In this document: positions 52,001 to 61,000 of the stretch, piece after piece
Layout: each line of letters opens with the position of its first letter
Numbering within the stretch: position 1 is the first letter of the stretch
NCBI RefSeq assembly: GCF_964355755.1
Contig: NC_092680.1
Coordinates: 15,137,045 to 15,201,044, forward strand
Length of the DNA: 64,000 bases
Direction: 5' to 3'
Source: Antedon mediterranea
Taxonomy: Eukaryota > Animalia > Echinodermata
Made by a program: the position numbers and the translations under genes
Notes under the pieces: generated by a model
What the model saw: the letters and a program-made list of their open reading frames with translations, nothing else
What the model was told of the DNA's origin: nothing
Databases searched by the model: none

Positions 52001-55000
52001 CTTAGCAGAGCGAGGTTTCGATCCTCGGACCTCTGGGTTGTGGGCCCAGCAAGCTTCCGCTGCGCCACTCTGCTGGTTGAATATTCGAAAGAGTTAAAGA
52101 GAAATAATTTATGGAAAATTCGAAGTACGTGTGAATTAAAAACACAAATTAGCAGAGCGAGGTTTCGATCCTCGGACCTCTGGGTTATGGGCCCAGCACG
52201 CTTCCGCTGCGCCACTCTGCTGGATGAGTATAAGAAAGGATTAAAGAGAAATAATTTATGGAAAATTCGAAATATACGTGTGAATTAAAAGCAAAATTTA
52301 GCAGAGCGAGGTTTCGATCCACGGACCTCTGGGTTATGGGCCCAGCACGCTTCCGCTGCGCCACTTTGCTGGATGAGTATAAGAAAGGGTTAAAGAGAAA
52401 TAATTTATGGAAAATTCAAAATATACGTGTGAATTAAAAACAAAACTTAGCAGAGCGAGGTTTCGATCCTCGGACCTCTGGGTTGTGGGCCCAGCAAGCT
52501 TCCGCTGCGCCACTCTGCTGGTTGAGTATTCGAAAGAGTTAAAGAGAAATAATTTATGGAAAATTCGAAATACGTGTGAATTAAAAACACAAATTAGCAG
52601 AGCGAGGTTTCGATCCTCGGACCTCTGGGTTATGGGCCCAGCACGCTTCCGCTGCGCCACTCTGCTAGATGATTATAAGAAAGGGTTAAAGAGAAATAAT
52701 TCATGGAAAATGCGAAATACGTGTGAATTAAAAATAAAATTTAGCAGAGGGCGAGGTTTCGATCCTCGGACCTCTGGGTTATGGGCCCAGCACGCTTTCA
52801 ATGCTCCATTCTGCTGGTTGAGTATTAGAAAAAGTTAAAGAGAAATAATTCATGGAAAATGCGAAATACGTGTGAATTAAAAACACAAATTAGCAGAGCG
52901 AGGTTTCGATCCTCGGACCTCTGGGTTATGGGCCCAGCACGCTTCCGCTGCGCCACTCTGCTGGATGAGTATAAGAAAGGATTAAAGAGAAATAATTTAT
53001 GGAAAATTCGAAATATACGTGTGAATTAAAAATAAAATTTAGCAGAGGGCGAGGTTTCGATCCTCGGACCTCTGGGCCCACACGATTCCGCTGCGCCACT
53101 CTGCTGGATGAGAGTATAAGAAAGAGTTAAAGAGAAATAATTTTTGGAAAATTCGAAGTACGTGTGAATTAAAGACACAAATTATCAGAGCGAGGTTTCG
53201 ATCCTCGGACCTCTGGGTTATGGGCCCAGCACGCTTCCGCTGCGCCACTCTGCTGGATGAGTATAAGAAAGGGTTAAAGAGAAATAATTTATGGAAAATT
53301 GGAAATATACGTGTGAATTAAAGACAAAACTTAGCAGAGCGAGGTTTCGATCCTCGGACCTCTGGGTTGTGGGCCCAGCAAGCTTCCGCTGCGCCACTCT
53401 GCTGGTTGAATATTCGAAAGAGTTAAAGAGAAATAATTTATGGAAAATTCGAAGTACGTGTGAATTAAAAACACAAATTAGCAGAGCGAGGTTTCGATCC
53501 TCGGACCTCTGGGTTATGGGCCCAGCACGCTTCCGCTGCGCCACTCTGCTGGATGAGTATAAGAAAGGATTAAAGAGAAATAATTTATGGAAAATTCGAA
53601 ATATACGTGTGAATTAAAAGCAAAATTTAGCAGAGCGAGGTTTCGATCCACGGACCTCTGGGTTATGGGCCCAGCACGCTTCCGCTGCGCCACTTTGCTG
53701 GATGAGTATAAGAAAGGGTTAAAGAGAAATAATTTATGGAAAATTCAAAATATACGTGTGAATTAAAAACAAAACTTAGCAGAGCGAGGTTTCGATCCTC
53801 GGACCTCTGGGTTGTGGGCCCAGCAAGCTTCCGCTGCGCCACTCTGCTGGTTGAGTATTCGAAAGAGTTAAAGAGAAATAATTTATGGAAAATTCGAAAT
53901 ACGTGTGAATTAAAAACACAAATTAGCAGAGCGAGGTTTCGATCCTCGGACCTCTGGGTTATGGGCCCAGCACGCTTCCGCTGCGCCACTCTGCTAGATG
54001 ATTATAAGAAAGGGTTAAAGAGAAATAATTCATGGAAAATGCGAAATACGTGTGAATTAAAAATAAAATTTAGCAGAGGGCGAGGTTTCGATCCTCGGAC
54101 CTCTGGGTTATGGGCCCAGCACGCTTTCAATGCTCCATTCTGCTGGTTGAGTATTAGAAAAAGTTAAAGAGAAATAATTCATGGAAAATGCGAAATACGT
54201 GTGAATTAAAAACACAAATTAGCAGAGCGAGGTTTCGATCCTCGGACCTCTGGGTTATGGGCCCAGCACGCTTCCGCTGCGCCACTCTGCTGGTTGCTGA
54301 GTATTAGAAAGAGTTAAAGAGAAATAATTTATGGAAAATTCGAAATACGTGTGAATTAAAAACACAAATTAGGAGAGCGAGTTTTCGATCCTCGGACCTC
54401 TGGACCCATACGCTTCCGCTGCGCCACTCTGCTGGATGAGTATTAGAAAGAGTTGAAGAGAAATAATTTATGGAAAATTTGACATACGTGTGAATTAAAA
54501 AAAAAATTAGCAGAGCGAGGTTTCGATCCTCGGACGTCTGGGTTATGGGCCCAGCACGCTTCCGCTGCGCCACTATGCTGGATGAGAGTATAAGAAATAG
54601 TTAAAGAGAAATAATTTATGGAAAATTCGAAGTACGCGTGAATTAAAAACACAAATTAGCAGAGCGAGGTTTCGATCCTCGGACTTCTGGGTTATGGGCC
54701 CAGCACGCTTCCGCTGCGCCACTCTGCTGGCTGAGTATACGAAAGAGTTAAAGAGAAATAATTCATGTAAAATTCGAAATACGTGTGAATTAAAACCACA
54801 AGTTAGCAGAGCGAGGTTTCGATCCTCGGACCTCTGGGTTATGGGCCCAGCACGCTTCCGCTGCGCCACTCTGCTGGATGAGTATAAGAAAGAGTTAAAG
54901 AGAAATAATTTATGGAAAATTCGAAGTACGTGTGAATTAAAAACACAAATTAGCAGAGCGAGGTTTCGATCCTCGGACCTCTGGGTTATGGGCCCAGCAC

Positions 55001-58000
55001 GCTTCCGCTGCGCCACTCTGCTGGATGAGTATTCGAAAGAGTTAAAGAGAAATAATTGATGGAAAATGCGAAATACGTGTGAATTAAAAATAAAATTTAG
55101 CAGAGAGCGAGGTTTCGATCCTCGGACCTCTGGACCCACACGCTTCCGCTGCGCCACTCTGCTGGATGAGAGTATAAGAAAGAGTTAAAGAGAAATAATT
55201 TTTGCAAAATTCGAAGTACGTGTGAATTAAAAACACAAATTAGCAGAGCGAGGTTTCGATCCTCGGACCTCTGGGTTATGGGCCCAGCACGCTTCCGCTG
55301 CGCCACTCTGCTGGATGAGTATAAGAAAGGGTTAAAGAGAAATAATATATGGAAAATTCGAAATATACGTATGTGTGAATTAAAAGCAAAACTTAGCAGA
55401 GCGAGGTTTCGATCCACGGACCTCTGGGTTATGGGCCCAGCACGCTTCCGCTGCGCCACTCTGCTGGTTGAGTATTCCAAAGAGTTAAAGAGAAATAATT
55501 TATGGAAAATGCGAAATACGTGTGAATTAAATAAAATTTGGCAGAGAGCGAGGTTTCGATCCTCGGACCTCTGGGCCCACACGCTTCCGCTGCGCCACTC
55601 TGCTGGATGAGTATAAGAAAGAGTTAAAGAGAAATAATTTACGGAAAATTCGAAGTATGTGTGAATTAAAAACACAAATTAGCAAAGCGAGGTTTCGATC
55701 CTCGGACCTCTGGGTTATGGGCCCAGCACGCTTCCGCTGCGCCACTCTGCTGGATGAGTATTAGAAAGAGTTAAAGATAAATAATTTATGGAAAATTCGA
55801 AGTACGTGTGAATTAAAAACACAAATTAGCAAAGCGAGGTTTCGATCCTCGGACCTCTGGGTTATGGGCCCAGCACGCTTCCGCTGCGCCACTCTGCTGG
55901 CTGAGTATTCGAAAGAGTTAAAGAGAAATAATTTATGGAAAATTCGAAATACGTGTGAATTAAAAACACAAATTAGCAGAGCGAGGTTTCGATCCTCGGA
56001 CCTCTGGGTTATGGGCCCAGCACGCTTCCGTTGCGCCACTCTGCTGGGTGAGAGTATAAGAAAGAGTTAAAGAGAAATAATTTATGGAAAATTCGAAGTA
56101 CGTGTGAAATAAAAACACAAATTAGCAAAGCGAGGTTTCGGTCCTCGGACCTCTGGGTTATGGGCCCAGCACGCTTCCGCTGCGCCACTCTGCCGGATGA
56201 GAGTATAAGAAAGAGTTAAAGAGAAATAATTTATGGAAAATTCGAAGTACGTGTGAATTAAAAACACAAATTAGCAGAGCGAGGTTTCGATCCTCGGACC
56301 TCTGGGTTATGGGCCCAGCACGCTTCCGCTGCGCCACTCTGCTGGCTGCGTATTAGAAAGAGTTAAAGAGAAATAATTTATGAAAAATTCAAAATACGTG
56401 TGAATTAAAAACAAAATTTAGCAGAGAGCGAGGTTTCGATCCTCGGACCTCTGGGGTATGGGCCCAGCACGCTTCCGCTGCGCCACTCTGCTGGATGAGT
56501 ATAAGAAAGGGTTAAAGAGAAATAATTTATGGAAAATTCGAAATATACGTGTGAATTAAAAACAAAACTTAGCAGAGCGAGGTTTCGATCCTCGATCGGA
56601 CCTCTGGGTTGTGGGCCCAGCACGCCTCCGCTGCGCCACTCTGCTGGTTGAGTATTCGAAAGAGTTAAAGAGAAATAATTTATGGAAAATTCGAAGTATG
56701 TGTGAATTAAAAACACAAATTAGAAGAGCGAGGTTTCGATCCTCGGACCTCTGGGTTATGGGCCCAGCACGCTTCCGCTGCGCCACTATGCTGGATGATT
56801 AAAAAAAAGGGTTAAAGAGAAATAATTTACGGAAAATTCGAAATATACGTGTGAATTAAAAGCAAAACTTAGCAGAGCGAGGTTTCGATCCTCGGACCTC
56901 TGGGTTATGGGCCCAGCACGCTTTCGCTGCGCCACTCTGCTGGTTGAGTATTCGAAAGAGTTAAAGAGAAATAATTCATGGAAAATGCGAAATACGTGTG
57001 AATTAAAAATACAAATTAGCAGAGCGAGGTTTCGATCCTCGGACCTCTGGGTTATTGGCCCAGCACGCTTCCGCTGCGCCACTCTGCTGGATGAGTATAA
57101 GAAAGAGTTAAAGAGAAATAATTTATGGAAAATTCGAAGTATGTGTGAATTATAAACACAAATTAGCAGAGCGAGGTTCCGATCCTCGGACCTCTGGGTT
57201 ATGGGCCCAGCACGCTTCCGCTGCGCCACTCTGCTGGTTGAGTATTAGAAAGAGTTAAAGAGAAATAATTTATGGAAAATTCGAAATACGTGTGAATTAA
57301 AAACACAAATTAGCAGAGCGAGGTTTCGATCCTCGGACCTCTGGGTTATTGGCCCAGCACGCTTCCGCTGCGCCACTCTGCTGGTTGAGTATTCCAAAGA
57401 GTTAAAGAGAAATAATTGATGGAAAATTTGAAATACTTGTGAATTAAAAACACAAATTAGCAGAGCGAGCTTTCGATCCTCGGACCTCTGGGTTATGGGC
57501 CCAGCACGCTTCCGCTGCGCCACTCTGCTGGATGAGTATTAAAAAGAGTTAAAGAGAAATAATTTATGAAAAATTCGAAATACGTGTGAATTAAAAACAC
57601 AAATTAACAGAGCGAGGTTTCGATCCTCGGACCTCTGGGTTATGGGACCAGCACGTTTCCGCTGCGCCACTCTGCTGGTTGAGTATTAGAAAGAGTTAAA
57701 GAGAAATAATTTATTGAAAATTCGAAATACGTGTGAATTAAAAACACAAATTAGCAGAGCGAGGTTTCGATCCTCGGACCTCTGGGTTATGGGCCCAGCA
57801 CGCTTCCGCTGCGCCACTCTGCTGGTTGAGTATTAGAAAGAGTTAAAGAGAAATAATTTATGGAAAATTCGAAATACGTGTGAATTAAAAACACAAATTA
57901 GCAGAGCGAGGTTTCGATCCTCGGACCTCTGGGTTATGGGACCAGCACGCTTCCGCTGCGCCACTCTGCTGGATGAGTATTAGAAAGAGTTAAAGAGAAA

Positions 58001-61000
58001 CAATTTATGGAAAATTCGAAATACGTGTGAATTAAAAACACAAATTAGGAGAGCGAGGTTTTGATCCTCGGACCTCTGGGTTATGGGCCCAGCACGCTTC
58101 CGCTGCGCCACTCTGCTGGATGAGTATTAGAAAGAGTTAAAGAGAAATTATGTATTGAAAATTCGAAATACGTGTGAATTAAAAACACAAATTAGCAGAG
58201 CGAGGTTTCGATCCTCGGACCTCTGGGTTATGGGCCCAGCACGCTTTCGCTGCGCCACTCTGCTGGATGAGTATTAGAAAGAGTTAAAGAGAAATAATTT
58301 ATGGAAAATTCGAAATATACGTGTGAATTAAAAGTAAAACTTAGCAGAGCGAGGTTTCGATCCTCGGACCTCTGGGTTATGGGCCCAGCACGCTTCCGCT
58401 GCGCCACTCTGCTGGATGAGTATAAGAAAGGGTTAAAGAGAAATAATTTATGGAAAATTCGAAATATACGTGTGAATTAAAAGGAAAACTTAGCAGAGCG
58501 AGGTTTCGATCCTCGGACCTCTGGGTTATGGGCCCAGCACGCTTCCGCTGCGCCACTCTGCTGGTTGAGTATTAGAAAGAGTTAAAGAGAAATAATTCAT
58601 GGAAAATTCGAAATACGTGTGAATTAAAAACAAAATTTAGCAGAGAGCGAGGTTTCGATCCTCGGACCTCTGGGCCCACACGCTTCCGCTGCGCCACTTT
58701 GCTGGATGAGTATTCGAAAGAGTTAAAAAGAAATAATGTATTGAAAATTCGAAATACGTGTGAATTAAAAACACAAATTAGCAGAGTGAGGTTTCGATCC
58801 TCGGACCTCTGGGTTATGGGCCCAGCACGCTTTCGCTGCGCCACTCTGCTGGATGAGTATTAGAAAGAGTTAAAGAGAAATAATTTATGGGAAATTCGAA
58901 ATACGTGTGAATTAAAAACACAAATTAGCAGAGCGAGGTCTCGATCCTCGGACTTCTGGGTTATGGGTCCAGCACGCTTCCGCTGCGCCACTCTGCTGGA
59001 TGAGTATCAGAAAGGGTTAAAGAGAAATAATTTATGGACAATTCGAAATATACGTGTGAATTAAAAGCAAAACTTAGCAGAGCGAGGTTTCGATCCTCGG
59101 ACCTCTGGGTTATGGGCCCAGCACGCTTCCGCTGCGCCACTCTGCTGGTTGAGTATTCGAAAGAGTTAAAGAGAAATAATTCATGGAAAATGCGAAATAC
59201 GTGTGAATTAAAAACACAAATTAGCAGAGCGAGGTTTCGATCCTCGGACCTCTGGGTTATTGGCCCAGCACGCTTCCGCTGCGCCACTCTGCTGGATGAG
59301 TATAAGAAAGAGTTAAAGAGAAATAATTTATGGAAAATTCGAAGTATGTGTGAATTATAAACACAAATTAGCAGAGCGAGGTTTCGATCCTCGGACCTCT
59401 GGGTTATGGGCCCAGCACGCTTCCGCTGCGCCACTCTGCTGGTTGAGTATTAGAAAGAGTTAAAGAGAAATAATTTATAGAAAATTCGAAATACGTGTGA
59501 ATTAAAAACACAAATTAGCAGAGCGAGGTTTCGATCCTCGGACCTCTGGGTTATTGGCCCAGCACGCTTCCGCTGCGCCACTCTGCGGGTTGAGTATTCC
59601 AAAGAGTTAAAGAGAAATAATTTATGGAAAATTTGAAATACTTGTGAATTAAAAACACAAATTAGCAGAGCGAGGTTTCGATCCTCGGACCTCTGGGTTA
59701 TGGGCCCAGCACGCTTCCGCTGCGCCACTCTGCTGGATGAGTATTAAAAAGAGTTAAAGAGAAATAATTTATGGAAAATTCGAAATACGTGTGAATTAAA
59801 AACACAAATTAACAGAGCGAGGTTTCGATCCTCGGACCTCTGGGTTATGGGAACAGCACGTTTCCGCTGCGCCACTCTGCTGGTTGAGTATTAGAAAGAG
59901 TTAAAGAGAAATAATTATTTATTGAAAATTCGAAATACGTGTGAATTAAAAACACAAATTAGCAGAGCGAGGTTTCGATCCTCGGACCTCTGGGTTATGG
60001 GCCCAGCACGCTTCCGCTGCGCCACTCTGCTGGTTGAGTATTAGAAAGAGTTAAAGAGAAATAATTTATGGAAAATTCGAAATACGTGTGAATTAAAAAC
60101 ACAAATTAGCAGAGCGAGGCTTCCGCTGCGCCACTCTGCTGGATGAGTATTAGAAAGAGTTAAAGAGAAATAATGTATTGAAAATTCGAAATACGTGTGA
60201 ATTAAAAACACAAATTAGCAGAGCGAGGTTTCGATCCTCGGACCTCTGGGTTATGGGCCCAGCACGCTTTCGCTGCGCCACTCTGCTGGATGAGTATTAG
60301 AAAGAGTTAAAGAGAAATAATTTATGGAAAATTCGAAATATACGTGTGAATTAAAAGTAAAACTTAGCAGAGCGAGGTTTCGATCCTCGGACCTCTGGGT
60401 TATGGGCCCAGCACGCTTCCGCTGCGCCACTCTGCTGGATGAGTATAAGAAAGGGTTAAAGAGAAATAATTTATGGAAAATTCGAAATATATGTGTGAAT
60501 TAAAAGGAAAACTTAGCAGAGCGAGGTTTCGATCCTCGGACCTCTGGGTTATGGGCCCAGCACGCTTCCGCTGCGCCACTCTGCTGGTTGAGTATTAGAA
60601 AGAGTTAAAGAGAAATAATTCATGGAAAATTCAAAATATACGTGTGAATTAAAAACAAAACTTAGCAGAGCGAGGTTTCGATCCTCGATCGGACCTCTGG
60701 GTTGTGGGCCCAGCACGCCTCCGCTGCGCCACTCTGCTGGTTGAGTATTCGAAAGAGTTAAAGAGAAATAATTTATGGAAAATTCGAAATATACGTGTGA
60801 ATTAAAAACAAAACTTAGCAGAGCGAGGTTTCGATCCTCGATCGGACCTCTGGGTTATGGGCCCAGCACGCTTCCGCTGCGCCACTCTGCTGGATGATTA
60901 AAAGAAAGGGTTAAAGAGAAATAATTTACGGAAAATTTGAAATATACGTGTGAATTAAAAGCAAAACTTAGCAGAGCGAGGTTTCGATCCTCGGACCTCT

